From Podarcis cretensis (Eukaryota), in contig OX638153.1 of NCBI GenBank assembly GCA_951804945.1, forward strand, positions 45,322,001 to 45,386,000: a stretch of 64,000 nt of DNA, in the 5' to 3' direction. Each line of letters opens with the position of its first letter. The stretch's first letter is position 1. Below the pieces are notes generated by a model, which worked only from the letters and a program-made list of their open reading frames with translations, searched no databases and was not told the DNA's origin. Positions 24,253-37,252 of the stretch are shown one piece after another. The position numbers and the translations under genes were made by a program.

Positions 24253-26439
24253 CCTGGCAGTCCTAGTTGCCTAGTTTTTTTTTTTTTTTTGTAAGTTAAA
24301 TTTGTCAATACAGCTGAAAAGGTTTGATTGGTTTTGCATATTGTGTGTGTGAGAGAGAAACAGGGCCTGCTCTGCTATTTAGATGGCTGAGATGGGCAAC
24401 CACAGAAAGCAGGTTTTGAGGGTGTTGTTAAAGGGCACATTGTCAATTACTTCATTCATTTTAATATTTATTTACTGCAATGGAGGAACCATCTTCTACA
24501 TCAAATACCAAAATATATTTTGAGGGGAAAAAGTTGCTTATTTCTAAACACACTTTTACAGTAGCCATCTCAAATATCATGTTGTTTGCATACATTTAAA
24601 AGCCATGTCTCCATAATACCACATAGATGGATAAACTTAAGATCCAGTTCACTCACAGAGTTGTGTAATTCATAGCCCACCGGAGATTGTTTGAGCTAAA
24701 CCCATTTTAGATATTCATGTAATTAAGAACAAGTCTAAGTCTCATGTTGCCAATTCACATATGAATTCCACATACATATCCATGTACTGTATGTAGGCAG
24801 TTGCTTATTTACATATATAACTCTTGAACGCTGCCTAATGTTTCAAACCATGCCTGCATTAACACTTCCTTTTCTTGATTAGTTATTTTCTTTCTGGTAT
24901 GACAGAGATTGAGCTCTGAAGAAGTAAGAGAAAAAAGGCCGACCAGCTCATATATTTGTAGTTGAAACTAAAAATATTGTGCTATTTTATTCTTGTCTAA
25001 AAATTCTTTTTTAAGGCTGAAACATCTAATATAAATTAATATATCAATATTGATTATATTGATAAAACAATGTACTTCAAAAGTTATTCTTCCTCTTTCA
25101 CGATGTTCATACCTTTTATCCCATTTTCTCCACCAGGTAGGAGGCGGACCATGGCAGAAGCCATCTCTGGTGACTAAGGAAACAAAGAACATCGCTGAAG
25201 GATTTTGGATACCTGTGCATTTCAAAGGTATATGAAATACATAGCCATACATATTTCTAGAGTTGTTTTCACCATCTCTTACTAGAAGGGAGGGTGTCAG
25301 GCAGTAGGTACATGATGGCAAATGGCTGGGCTCTTTGTAATGACCTGTAAGGAACGGTATAGGAATAAAGTGTTTTCAGAACCTTCCCTTTGGAAGCCTC
25401 AATGAACATTAACCAATACAAGTTACAGCTTTGCTATTAATGAATTTGGGTTTCATGGATTAATTCGGCTCTTTCCTTGCACATTGAAACAATGTTCTAT
25501 TGATCTAGTGTTGTCCTTTGGGCAAAACGTTCAACATGGCCTTGAGAACCGACTTCAAGTTGGAGCGCGGTCACTGCCTTGCTGGGTGTCCTCTCTGAAG
25601 CGCCTCGTGACGCATGCTCTTATCTGTAAAATGCTAACAAAGACATAGCTTTCATTCTCACAACTCATTCTGCAAGTTATCATGATTATTAGATTAGCTA
25701 ATACAGTTTCTGCAAAACCATATTGCATACAAAGTATCACCAGTGTTTCCGCCCCCCCAGAAATCTAGCATGCATGAACTATATCACCAAGAAGTATAAA
25801 ACCCTTAATCAAATGATCAAAGGTCTTTGTAAACTTTGCCCATAGAGCTTCTACCTTGAAAAGGAAGATTTGAGCTGGTATTTGGGATGCTTGGGTAGCT
25901 GCCAGGGACGCAGCACTGTGGCAAGGCTCACCCCTCTTGCTTTTTGCACTAGACTGACACAGCAGCTGGCATCACTCTGGGGCACTGTGGAAAATTAAAA
26001 GACCCAGTTGCCCAGTGCTCTTGGAAGTGCTGCCACCAACAGTCGGGTACCAGACAGTCACAGTGCACAAAGTGGGGTGCTGCCACTGCGCAGGTTACCT
26101 GGTTGCAGTGGTCCTGCTGCTCACCAGGACCTGGACGGGATGAGACAAGGCAGTTCCAAGGGCAGAAGAGACTGAGCAGCTGCACCGCCACAAGTTGCCA
26201 ATCTAGTGCTTCCTTTGCCCTTGCCACTGCCTTGCCCCACCTCGCCCCACCCCAGTGTTCACAAGCAGCAGCATGGCCATAGCTAAAAAGGCAGTGCAGT
26301 GGCAGCACCACAATGACCACTTGGTCCCCCCTCAAACCTGGAATTAGCCCTAAGAGATAGATTTTTCCACAAGTAGGGTTCTCAGATGCTCCCTAGCCTA
26401 CCTTATTTTATTTTACCCTCGAACTTGACACCAAAGGTA

Positions 26440-26887
26440 CCGTATATACTTGAGTATAAACCGACCCAAATATAAGCTGAGGCACCTAATTTTAGCACAA
26501 AAAACTGGGAAAACTTATTGACTCAAGTATAAGCCGGTTCACCACACCACAAACCTGGTGTGGTGGCGGCAGCGGCGGAGGAAGAACAACCAGCCCGAAA
26601 GGGCTGCTTTCGGGCTGCTCGTCCCTCTGCTGCCGCCTCACAAGAGCAGGCATAGGAGCCACAGTTGGGAGAGGCACAGCGCAGCACTGCGCTTCTCCAA
26701 ACTGCGGCTCCTGTGCCTGCCCTTGCGAGAGATGGGCAGCTGCTGGACCAGTGGCGAAAAAGGGCTCCTTTCTGGCTGTTCGTTCCTCCACCGCCACCGC
26801 CCGCCTCACTTGAGTATATGCCGAGGGGGGGCTTTTCCACCATAAAAAGTGTCCTGAAAAAGTCAGCTTATACTCGAGTATATACGG
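26440..26887. mobile_element. Tc2/pogo-like (CCGT-ended) MITE, 448 bp
   Basis: TA|CCGTATATACTTGAGTATAA...TTATACTCGAGTATATACGG|TA: 20-bp TIR with 1 mismatch. Confidence 0.85.
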
Positions 26888-27279
26888 TAAGTGCTTTAAT
26901 TCAAAATCATCAAAAGGTGCTGAGCTCTTATCCCTTTGATTACTCTCTTAAATATAAAGCTTGTCACCTTAAATGCTTATCAGTTAAGTGTGCCTGTGGT
27001 CCTGTATTTCTGTATAAAGGTGTGCCCAAACACATCAAAAAGTGAGAAAGGAGCAGATTGTTGACACCAGTAATACTGATATCAAAACCTGTTCCCAAAT
27101 TGACAGTGTGGTTGCCAGAATGCTTACTGGGAGAGTGAGATGGAATCGCATAACACTGGATTCAGAAGGAGTTAGATTGATTGTCTGTTTACTTCTGGGC
27201 CAAATTCAAGATGCTGGTTCTTATCTATTAAGCCCTAAAAGGCTTGGGACCCCAGTACATTACAGATCATGTTTTAAAG

Positions 27280-27647
27280 CTCTTATCTGTGTCCCTTTGT
27301 CAGGGAGGCTCAGTGGTACATGGCAATGTGGAAGAAAGTCTTCTCTCTAGGGATGCATCATTTGATGAGCACCTCCCCTCAGAAGCACACCTGGCTCCAA
27401 TATTGTTATCTTTTCGGTGCCATCTTAAGGCATATTTGTTTGCCCACACATTTTAATTGGTTTAGTTTAGCCTGCTGTCTTGTTTTAATCTGCTCATCTT
27501 ATTTATTGACGTATTTTATGGTTTTATTATGGTATATTACATTTGATATTGGGTTTGCTTACATACATGTTGTTCCATGTCCTGGTAATTACATAGATGA
27601 AAGTTGGGCCAGAAGTACTTTTACAAAAAATGAATGAATGAATAAAA
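27280..27647 (+). mobile_element. Degraded L2 LINE 3' end
   Basis: LP..HLAP.LLSFR.HLKAYLF-like remnant of the ORF2 end and an (AATG)n-type tail; boundaries approximate. Confidence 0.5.
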
Positions 27648-29519
27648 ATGTTAGAACTCGGATATTTGAAGAAAATACATAGCTCAGCCCTTCTGAAAAT
27701 GCTGTCTCCAAATGAGTCAGATCATTGGTTCATGTAGTACATTATTGCCTACCGTAACTGGTGACAAGACTCCAAGGCATTGCAGCCAGAGATCTTTTTA
27801 GCTGGCGGTTCTGTGGACTGAACCTGGGACATTTCTACATGCAAATGTCATGCTAACTTATGGAACCCCCTCTAAGCAGGTCTAAGGTACAGGCCCATGC
27901 CTCTCCTTCAGCCATGGAGTCTGTGGTATTTAAACACACAGCTTTACGGGCGCAAGCTGGTAACAGTGCCAGACCTAAAGTGCTGAATCTCAAATACAGG
28001 ACCTTCAGTGCTTAGAGGCCAATGCTGTTTTTTCTGTAGTCGCATAGGTAGGACTCTGAACATATTGGCTAGAATCCAGTCATGGGGTCTAGCAATATGA
28101 ACATGAATTGCCCAAGCCAGCCAAAAAGTGACTTGGTTCAAACAGAAGTTGGCATCTAAGTGCACAGACCCCATAGGCTACTATGGGGTACGTTTTGGTG
28201 GCATCTCCTGCTGGGCATCCTCTGCCCTTCCCATCAGTAGCTTATGTAGCAGATGGGAAGCATGGAGATGTCTGAGATCTGTTTGAAGCATCCTTTTAGG
28301 GGTTATGCACTCCTGAATGAAAATGTGTTCCCTAAAAGAACACCAATTCTAAGCTGTCTCTGTCAAAAAAGCAACAACAATTTTCTGTTAAGAGAACATT
28401 TATTTGAGAAATTTCTTACCCACCCTTCACCATAAGGTCTCAGGATACTGTACAAAAATGTAATCATGCAGTTTTAAAACCAAATAAAACAGTTGCAGAG
28501 CAAAATTTGAACATTATGCATAAGACAACAGAGTGATGCTGTGACTGGAAACATTACTGGGTGTAAATTTTTAAAAAGACTTAAGCTGGGATTCAGACTT
28601 TTGGGAGCAGAGGTGTTTGTCTTTTTTCATACTTCTTCTTTGGAAAGAAAAACTCTTAAAATGCATGCAGTCTTAATATTATTAAAGTCTTCCATAAACT
28701 CTGTGCCTAAATTCCTTAGGGGAAGGGAATTTTATAATTTAATGGGGTAGCTAAAGCAACTGTCATGCAGCATCAGAATAATCCTGCTAAGTTAACAGAC
28801 CAAAGGCAGAAAACATAGCCATGGTTCTCTTGGGCTCACTGTTCCCCTTTGGGGCAGGTTATATACTCAGCATATTTTTGCATTCGCTTTTCTAGTCATT
28901 AACTTTTGGCTTAAATAAAATACAGTTAGAAGTTATGGTTGGATATGGTCCAATGAGATCCATGAATCTTGGATATATCTAGTACTATAAAGTTTTGGAG
29001 CTTCTCACATGTTCTTTTCTTTTGGTGTTTGTACTCCGTGTCCAGCAGAAAACTCCCCCCCCCCCCGCAGAACCGTCCTGCTGCGAATACTTGAGATTAT
29101 GCAGATTTTTATGACACCGACAAGATCATATGGAACTACTTGCTAAGTTTGACAGATCTTCTAGGTGACCTGGTCTAAATGCATTTGACTAGAGATAGTT
29201 GCCAGGAACATAAAAAACGTAATGCCAAATTGCTGAAAATTGCAACAGCTCAACTAAATTCCAAACTTACATGTCATTTTGTCATTCTCTTAGGAATGAG
29301 TCCACTTCTAAAAGTCTGGGGAAATTGCAATTAGCAGTTTGTTGCCTTTGAGAACTAGGCAGCCATGGTGCCTAGCAGTCTTTGGTGAACTTCTAAGAGT
29401 GTTTAATTTTTCACTAGAAAAAGTTCTCATCCTGTGTGTTGTGCAGATATACTACTAATAAGCAACACTAGAATGCTGAAGTTCTTGCATGGATCTAAAG
29501 GCCACATTTGCACATAATA

Positions 29520-29655
29520 CTAAACTAAGCTGTGGTTTGAGCTAACCTTAATGTCCACGAGTTGTGTGCTGCTGCACACAGCTCAAGGACTCCTGCTTTG
29601 TTCCCCCCTCAGCTGAACAGGGTAACAAAACATGGAGTGGCTGGTTTAGTGTTAT
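29520..29655. repeat. Old interspersed repeat fragment
   Basis: Reverse-complement similarity to ~44487-44561 (AAACCAGCCACT...CTTGAGCTGTGTGC). Confidence 0.55.
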
Positions 29656-29934
29656 CTTTGTACAATGCTATAATTAGAAAGGGAAGAAATAGTTGCAGTT
29701 TTTAATCTTGCATTTCATACAAAAATTACAAGTAGTCAAATTGAGTAAGGAGACACACGCTAAAAATTATTTTTAAGTCTCCCTGTTTTTAGTAGGAAGG
29801 TGAAGCTGGTGAGCATATGCTTAATGTTTTTCAATGAAATCATAGGTATTTATTTATTTTTGTATTTAAATAGTATACATTTTTTAAAACAACATGCAGT
29901 CTTAAAAAAAATAAAACCCTACCAAAAAAACCCA

Positions 29935-30052
29935 GGGTGTATTCAACTAAGTTTTACTCAGAGTAAATCTGTTGAAATTAATGGACCTAACTTGTTCATG
30001 TTCATTAATTTCAGCGTGTCTACTCTGAGTAAAACTTAGTTGACCGTCACCC
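29935..30052. mobile_element. Palindromic MITE family copy
   Basis: TCAACTAAGTTTTACTCAGAGTA...TACTCTGAGTAAAACTTAGTTGA perfect inverted arms. Confidence 0.75.
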
Positions 30053-31739
30053 TCTGAATGCAGTGAAGCACATATTTAAAATAAAGGAGATGGGGGTAAG
30101 GAAACATCAAAGCATTTTCTTACTGTTTCTTGTGCCCAGCACCCCAGAAAAAGACCCTCATTTTACGTCTTTTGGTATGTGACTGTTCAACAGCTAATTA
30201 GACATTCGGATATATCCAAAATGCTCCCAGTGCAAGCAGGGTGGTGCGTGCTGCTTTGCATAGTTGCCACATCCCTGTTCGTTTCTTGGGGCCTCTCCTT
30301 CCCTCCCTTCCTATAAATAAGGGGGTCTCAATTTCCCAGCCTTGAAATACGAAGGTAAGGAGCTGCAGCTGTCTGCTGTATCTGTGTAAAGGTTTTAGTT
30401 TGGGGGAAGGAGCGCTGTCTGGTTCTATGTGTGTGAAAGTTGTGTGTGCCCACATTTGTATGTGGTGGTGACGTGTATGTTTTGTTTCCATATTTATATA
30501 TGCAGTGGACATGCTTGTTTTAATCTAGTAACCCTGAATCACGCCCACCCTTTTTGTATGGGTAACATCCTGCCGTACCAATTATCATAGTTTAACCATT
30601 ATAGGAATATTAAAAAGACCATTGTACATAAGATCATGGAGCATAAGGACAGCACTGCTGGACCAGAACAATGTCCCATGTAGTCCAGCAGACATGGTGC
30701 TGTGGGTTGTGGACCCTGCGGGTTGCGAGCATGCTTCCCGCACAGGTAACATTCGCAACCCAAGCATCCACTGTACAGTGTGCGAAAAAGTATTTTATTT
30801 TGTCTGCCCTGAATCTTCCAATGGATAAGTGAAGATCATCATCCGAGCTTTTATCACTGTTGCCATACCTTGACATGAGCCTGAAAACCCCTACATTTTA
30901 ACCACTCACATACTGAGTTTGGCAGGGTGCTTAAAAGGGATTAGGTGCAATTTGAAGTGATCTTGAAAGTAATCTACCCTTTAAGTGACCTCTTATCTCT
31001 TTAAGCGCCTACTGTGTTCACAGTCATAGCTGCTAAAAGGGGATTTGTTGAGGATCACTTAAGCATGATCAAGGTGATTGTGGTCTTGACAGTTTCAACC
31101 TGAGCTAGGCGAAATCTTGATGTGGGCAGGTGAGGTGGGTGGGTCTTTGAAACTATTGTTCGTGCATGGACTAATGGCACCAATGCTGCCATGGTAAAAA
31201 GTAGGAATTGGTTTTTAGTTAATTTTATTTCAAGTAAACTCGTTTAGAGTCAGGTGATAAACCTGCTAAAACAGTGAAGACCTGACATACCATAGTTTAA
31301 CAAACAGGAACACTAAAATTCTCCTTAACAAACTGGAGCACTAATTTAAGGAGCATTAGGTCTTTCTCTGAAGATTTATCCTTTATGACATTTGAAAAGG
31401 AAATGCTCTGTCATCTATTGTACAGTACAATGAAACCGCTCTCATCGGCCAATGAGGAAATACTGAAAGTACTGTCAAGCCCATAGGCTCATCAAATGGA
31501 TTTGTTTTGCTCGTTATCTAAATGCTCACTTGTCAATTACCAGCATGTATTCACTTTGGCCTGATTGTGCTTTCTTGTACACATGCATCCTATTACTTAT
31601 GCAGTGTGTACAGGTGCCTGTGTTTCCCTTTCCCCCTTCAAACATATTGGTGGTTTTTCTCTTTCCAAAGAGAAGCCAAAAGGAAACTTGGTTAGGTTTA
31701 GATGGTCCGTTTTACCTGCCAGCTCAATCAGTACAACCT

Positions 31740-32060
31740 CATTGTTAAACTATGGAATTCGCTATATTACAAGATGCCGCGATGGCCACCAACACCGATG
31801 ACTTTAAAAGGGGATTAGAATTAGTCAAGCACCATAACTACTCCTCACGATGGCTGCTCTATTTGTAGTCCATCTTTCAGGGTATCTGTCAAGATCAGAG
31901 GTAGCTTGCTTCTGACTCAGGTTCAGAGGTAGCTTGCTTCTGAACACCAGTCGCTGGTGTTCAGTGATGGAGAGCTGTTGTCACATCCAATTGGCTACTG
32001 TGGGGAAACAGGGTGCTAGACTGGCCCGGCCTTTGATGCAGCAGAGATGCTCTTATACCC
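31740..32060 (+). mobile_element. Degraded CR1 3' end
   Basis: tggaattc..caagatg..gatggccacca...gactttaaaaggggattaga pattern typical of CR1 3' regions; boundaries approximate. Confidence 0.5.
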
Positions 32061-32107
32061 TTAAGAACATGTATGTATGGAAACTTCCGACTCTCTTCTT
32101 CTTCCAT

Positions 32108-32169
32108 CTCCTCCTCCTCCTCCTCCTCCTCCTCCTCCTCCTCCTCCTCCTCCTCCTCCTCTTCTTCTT
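32108..32169. repeat. (CCT)n(CTT)n microsatellite
   Basis: Direct trinucleotide run; explains the poly-E/S/L/G ORFs in the track. Confidence 0.95.
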
Positions 32170-33040
32170 GTTTTTGCAGTTCTGCACCTAATGCAATACA
32201 GTATATTAAAATTCCTGACATTTATACATTCTGCCTTTCTCATCCAATAAAATCTGACAAGACCAAAAGTATAAGCTGCAGCCAAGTTACAAATGGAAGT
32301 GCATTGAGCAGTGCAGTCCTCTGCCCATGTGGCGCAGTGGCGCTTTGAGTTTTGCATGCTCTTCCCCTTTGATGCTAATACTACACCCTGAGATTCCATG
32401 CCAGTAAAGAATACTGCTAATTCATCATAGGGATTTTGAGATTTAAGAAGGCTAAGATTGCACTCATATGAGTCTACGCACAGCTCTTGTATTGCTAGTT
32501 GGGCAGCATACTGACTACTCTGTGTGGCGTGCCATCCTATTAATGTAGATTATTGTTCCTGTCTACAAACAATTGTTCCATATTCCAACTTGGATGTAGG
32601 GCAGGCAAATTTATCCACAGCTTTGTGAGAGCAAAAATATCCCTGGGGCTGGTGGCTGGTAAAGAAATAGAAGAGTTTTACATTCATGCTATGATAAGTT
32701 GTATTCTGGATGCTCATTTGCCCAACATGGTTTGAGGTTTTACCCTTCCCCTCCTATCATGTAAGCCCAGACATTTTCTTCAGCCGTCAGTGTTTCCCTG
32801 CTGGTTCACACACTGATAGGGGTTTGCATAGGATGTGAAATCAGCCCATGAGGACATCCCAGCTGGTGGGGAGATAGATGCTTGTCTTCTTAACATGACA
32901 GGCTTCCAGCACTGCTTGGTCATCCTCTGTAACTACCAGTTTGAAACATATAACTGGAAGCATTTTAAAGCAATGGCTGAGTGTGTACACACTTGCATGC
33001 AGTAGGTTTCAGGAAGTAGTGTTGGGTTTATTCAGATATA

Positions 33041-33381
33041 CCGTGTATAACACGACCCCATGTATAAGATGACCCCTATTTTTGGGAGCCCTCAACAGTT
33101 GTTGAGCTTCTTTTGTAAGTTTGCTGAGCTGTTGAGCAGCTTTTCAACGATCCCCCGCTCTGGCTGACGGTACTGGTGCTGTAATACACCGCATACTGGC
33201 GCTCACCACATATTCTTCCTAAGCCAGGAAGAGTGGGTAAGCAGCCTCCTCTCCGACATGTCTCTGCTACCGCTGCAGCACCAGCCCTTGCTTACTTAGC
33301 ATATTAACCCATGTATAAGATGACCCTCAATTTATCACAAAAGATTCAGAGAAAAGGTATCTTATACATGCAAAAATACAG
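33041..33381. mobile_element. Degraded Tc2/pogo-like MITE
   Basis: TA|CCGTGTATAA...CTTATACATGCAAAAATACAG|TA; subterminal CCCATGTATAAGATGACCC occurs twice. Confidence 0.6.
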
Positions 33382-36300
33382 TACTTGTCTCATTTGGAGC
33401 ATGGTATATGTTTGGATATGCGTGTACATCCTTCTCACACAATTTGTGCACTCCTGTACTTAAAAAAAAGAAAAGAAAAGGACAGATTGCATGCCAAGAT
33501 ATATATGTCAGGTCTTACATCTGCACATGGGTATGGTGTGTGAACTTGTTGTACAGCATTAGAAATCCAGCTATATGTGAAATGGTATCGGGGGGGAAAT
33601 GGAACCTTTCACATCCCTGCTGCTTTCTTGAGACACCTGCGCATCCAAAGAGCTAGTATGCTAAAGAAGCTGGCCATCTAATGCTTATGTTAGCCAGAAC
33701 TATCCTTAAAAGCTTTGCTAGGCTGCTTGCAAAAGAGAACATTCCTTTAGCAATTCTCTACCAATTCATACGACATATAACTGGTTTAACGGCCTTTTGG
33801 GTGAAGACTCCACAAGATTCAAGATTTTGAGGATTAAAATTAGCATCCCTACAATTAGGGAGATGTGTTGTATTAAAAAATATATGATTTTTTATAGGTT
33901 TATGTTGGAGATTTGACAAGGGTGGGGGAACCTTTTTTCTGGGGGTTTACATATCAGTGGCGAACGAGATAAGAGGTAAAAGTGGGAAGAGCAATAGGTG
34001 TGACTCTTAACTTTTGCACACCTGTAATGAAGCCCACTGTGTAAACTCATAGAGGCCATCAAGCACACATCCCTCCATCAGGGCAAGCAAAATGTATCAT
34101 TACAGTTCAAGGATGCATATTCCAGATACCTCCCCTTGCAATTTATTTGTTGTGAATTTACACAAAGGCTTTCCGACATCATAGAAGAATCGAGGCTGAG
34201 AGGACAAAATGGCCAGAGCTGCCCATGTAGTTCCAAGGTAGATAAATGATGTCTTCACTACCCTGCGCACTGACTGTAAACCCTGTTGGCTGATGTGTAC
34301 GTGACAGAAGACCAGACAATAAGAAAATTAGAGAAGGTGAACAGAGGGAAGCAGCCAACAGGGGAACGACAAGACAGTAGCTGAGAGAAAAGGCTTCTGG
34401 AGGCAAAAGTCGCTCGCAGTAAGATAAGCAGATGTCAGGGAGACGGGAAATAAGAGAAGTTAAATAGTCATAGAAGCCGTGAGATAGGCAGTGAGGCAGA
34501 GAAGGGAGGATGATGAACAATAATAGTTACAAGCCTTTTGATAATGCTTCATAAAATGAGTAGGAGAGGTAATATCCCATAGCATAAAGCCATTTAGAAA
34601 CTCTCCAGGGTAGCGAAGCCCCACAAGGCAACTGGTTTTAAAAATACAGCTGTATGTATCATAGGCCACAGGGGGATATTTATGTGAAGGCCTGTTGTTA
34701 AAGCCTTGGCAGCACTTTGCTAGGTGGGGCAGCTCCATTTTGTATGATAAATATCACTCTTTGTTTTGAGAAGCAGGAAGTCATTGGAAAGAGAAATGTA
34801 CTGCCATATCACATCACATTCTGCATACGAGAGAATGGCGGGGAGGAATATTTTAACTCCTCCTTTTGGCTTCTTCCGAGATCAAAGATGGCCACAACAA
34901 AATGGGATTTGTCATTGCGATAAGAAGAGCAAATCAATTATCAAATTAATTTCCAGGAAGTACGTTTTTATAAGGACTGTCCACACTGTAATGTTCTTGA
35001 AGCAGCTTGTTTGTTTGAACCCTTTGTCTTTACTTTACAGACTTTACACCATCAATGGGAACTTTTTCCTGTGCTGGGCATTTGGTCTCTCTTGAATTCT
35101 GCTTGCATCATGTTATTTGATATTTTGTTATTTTCATCACTGTAAGCAAGAAGGACTATCTCAGTTCAAGGACACATTCTCGTGAGGCAGAGGCACTCAG
35201 GGAGGGTGTGTGGCATGGAGAGAGTCCTGAGGGCCAGGTAGATAGGCTACCAGGCCTGAGATGCCCCCCCCCCTACTTCAAAGGTTACCATTTATCACAC
35301 TCTCCAATGTCCTTCCTTTGTCTGTTTAGATGTGCAAGTTACAATTCCAGGAAAGTGTGCAAAGATGCATACTTTAATTTTGATTACAGAATTCATGATC
35401 CTGAAAACGTTTGTGTTATTTTTATTTATTTAAAGAAAACGTTTCTAACCCTTATGACTATTAAAGAAAATTTTCACATTTCTTTGCTCCTTCTCGCCAT
35501 TAGCGGGAATAAATTAGGAGTCTGAGTTGATCTGGTGTATAATTCTGAGTTTTGTTTTGTTTTTAGTGAAAGGTACACAGAGCTCTGTTAGCAATGGCTA
35601 AAAAGAAGCCTCACAAGAACTCTGCTGCAAGGTTTCCTTAACTGAAGAGAGTGGATACAGATGGTTCCCTCTTTGCTCCAAGAAAAAGTATGTAGGGTGG
35701 GAAGGGAGCATTCCCTCCCTCCTCCATATTCATACCTCAGCTAGAAATGTCGGCACTGATTCCTTTGCAGCCAGCGCACGTAGGGGCCATCTTCAGGGAA
35801 CAGACTGTAATGTATTTAATGAATCTGAGGAAAGTAAGAAATTGTAAATGCTGCAGGGCAACACACACTTGCTATTCAATCTGCCAGATTTGTGCCAATT
35901 AAGACAACTTGCAGCTGTTTGGCTCCTCCTTATTAGGAGACATTTGTATCGGGTACCAGGTTAAGCATTTATTTTCTCTGACATGATGAAAACGCTTTGG
36001 TGATACCTAGTCACTTTGTAAGCAAAGACTGAAACAGTGTTATTTACTGGATGCATGCAGTAAGGAGCAAGTTCGTTCTTTTTTAAAAATAATAATAATA
36101 CACTGCCTTTGAGAGTTTTCTCAGAGGTGTCTGTGTGCAGGTAGATTGTATTTAAAAGGTTTGCAGCAGAGGTCCTACAGACACACATTTGCATACAATG
36201 TGCAAATGTTAATTTATATGTACCAGGGCAAAGAAAGACTAATTTTCTATTCCAGTCACCCTGGATAAACCCTTTTGCACCCAGCTTGCACCCCAAATCA

Positions 36301-37035
36301 GTTTACACCCCGATTTATTTACCTCAATTAATTTCCCAATAGTTCCTGCTCCAAAACAGTTCAGTTCCCATTCCTTACCCCAGTCAAATCCAGATAAAGT
36401 AATCTTAACTGATTTCCTCAAATTAATATCCTGCCCAGTTACTAAGGCCCACCCTCCAAATCACTTTCCCCCAGATTCACTATGTAGCCAAAAACACTAA
36501 AATAGCAGATTCAGGGCCCACTCCCAGCAAAACCCCAGTCTGTGTGCAGAGGAAATACTGTACAGGATTGTATCCAACCAAGTTATGCTATTACTGTAAC
36601 TCAAGGTCTTCTGCCTATGCACCCTCCATCTCATCTGGATATTTGGGGACAATCCCCAGAACAGATTTGGAAGAGGAGTGGGGTGGGGGAAAAGGGAGAG
36701 GAAGTCCCATTATATGCAGGCAGATGCCATTGAGCTAATTGGATGACTTCACTGGGTACAACCCACAGTAATTTGGCTTCCATTGATCAATTATGGGTTG
36801 AAATTCAAGTGAACTGAAGCATGACTAAGGCTGCAGTCCTAAATACACTTACAAGGAAGTAAGTCCCATTGAAACTGTCCCAAGTTAAACAAGCATAATT
36901 TTGCCCTGTAAGTGTTATTATTTATGGTGTGTTTCTTCTCATCTTGAATGTGATACTGTTTGGCATAGAGGCTGTCATAACTTGAGACATGCCTGCAGCT
37001 GCTTGTTTCCACATGTCAGAGCCAAAATGGGTGTA

Positions 37036-37252
37036 CAGTCATACCTTGTGTTACATTTGCTTCACGTTGCGGCTTTTCAGGTTATGAACAGGGCAAACCT
37101 GGGAGTGTTTACTTCCGGGTTTGCTGCACGTGTATGCGCAGAAGCGATCTGCGTGCTTCACGCACGCACAGTTGAAGTGCTCTACTTATGGACTTTTAGG
37201 GGTGCGAACGGCACCCTGAAACGGATCGCATTCGTAAGTAGAGGTACCACTG
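37036..37252. mobile_element. Tc1/mariner-type MITE (217 bp)
   Basis: TA|CAGTCATACCT...AGAGGTACCACTG|TA; shares TTACTTCCGGGTTT and ACGGATC with the 8422 copy. Confidence 0.8.

Noticed and set aside
31895-31943. 21-bp direct duplication TCAGAGGTAGCTTGCTTCTGA; also a 12-bp tandem near 48290
   Set aside because: Ordinary local slippage-type duplications with no functional hint
31934-32399. Poly-Glu/Ser/Leu/Gly ORFs
   Set aside because: Translations of a (CCT)n microsatellite
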